Assembly: GCA_021432655.1 (NCBI GenBank)
Contig: MU271284.1
Span: forward strand, 1-64,000
DNA from: Atractiella rhizophila
Taxonomy: Eukaryota
Reading direction: 5' to 3'
DNA: 64,000 nt
Shown here: piece by piece, positions 63,478 to 64,000 of the stretch
Layout of the letters: each line of letters begins with the position of its first letter
Numbering within the stretch: the stretch's first letter is position 1
Made by a program: the position numbers and the translations under genes
The notes under the pieces: model-generated
Databases searched by the model: none
What the model saw: only the letters and a program-made list of their open reading frames with translations
What the model was told of the DNA's origin: nothing

Positions 63478-63807
63478 TAGTCGTCCCTAATTTCCCTTCG
63501 GCCATCCTCCTTGTCACGCTGTCACCTCATTGAACACATCACTACCTCCCGATTTCCGATCACAACCCGTCCCCGAAAAGAAAATAAAACGACGAACAAA
63601 ATCCGTACTGCCGATCGAGCACAAGAAGAAGAAAAAAGAAGGAATAAATTCACTGTTTGAAGCAGAAGAAGAAGTATTGATTGGTTGGTTGGCATCGAAT
63701 CTTTCAAGTCTAATCGAGTACAATCTCAAAGAAGAGGAACATTTCAAGTCTGAGTCTGATGATGTTGGATGTACATGTGCCTCAGTTTCTGTTCCAAGTT
63801 CGTCCCT

Positions 63808-63955
63808 TACTACTACTATATTCTTACCCTGTAGACTCTTTCCTTCTTCCCTTCCCTTCCTCCCTTTTTTATATTTCCCTCTCTCGACAATTTTGTTGGT
63901 GTGCGTACCCTTGGTCAATGAACTGGCTTTTGAACCAGGATGTGAGGCATTGGAC
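63808..63955 (-). CDS. Possible 3' exons of a gene continuing beyond the right edge
   Basis: A minus-strand exon (QCLTSWFKSQFIDQG) flanked by an AG acceptor and a GTACGC donor, then G-VRI* after a CAG acceptor. Product not recognised. Confidence 0.3.
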
Positions 63956-64000
63956 TATAGATATTCACATTTGCGACATCAGCATGAATCTTAACGATCT

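Noticed and set aside
1..64000. CRISPR arrays, rRNA, intact transposons or bacterial contamination
   Set aside because: No spaced repeats, rRNA motifs, RT/integrase/DDE ORFs or LTR pairs were seen. The bacterial-like domains (DUF262, LtrA, PhnP-like) all carry spliceosomal introns.

Overview
This is gene-dense eukaryotic DNA with many short GT-AG introns (mostly about 45-75 nt) and several micro-exons, most consistent with a basidiomycete fungus. The lineage is inferred from gene content and intron style and was not checked. About 20 spliced protein genes are recognisable: an LtrA-like membrane protein, VDAC/porin, Ypi1, an importin-7/8-like karyopherin, Ufd2, a TPR/RPAP3-like co-chaperone, V-ATPase subunit B, a secreted hypothetical protein, an AGC kinase, a Zn2Cys6 transcription factor, a DUF262 (GmrS/ParB-like) protein, Iml1/DEPDC5, a Sel1-like/zinc-finger protein, tubulin cofactor D, an XIP-like aquaporin, a Pro-rich protein and the PP2A catalytic subunit. 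There is also an intron-containing tRNA-Thr(CGT). The most striking feature is a tandem pair (47.8-56.1 kb) of genes in which an F-box plus LRR-like module is fused through an acidic linker to a PhnP-like metallo-beta-lactamase-fold hydrolase. Copy 2 looks intact. Copy 1 has a +1 frameshift and an in-frame TAA, and the two copies share patches of near-identity that suggest gene conversion. Other oddities are a domesticated DUF262 gene, an aquaporin with both NPA boxes altered (NSL/FPT), a kinase with no glycines in its P-loop, GC-AG introns and CpG-depleted pseudogene relics. Coordinates span the first to last coding base including introns. Exon structures were read by eye and no database searches were run.
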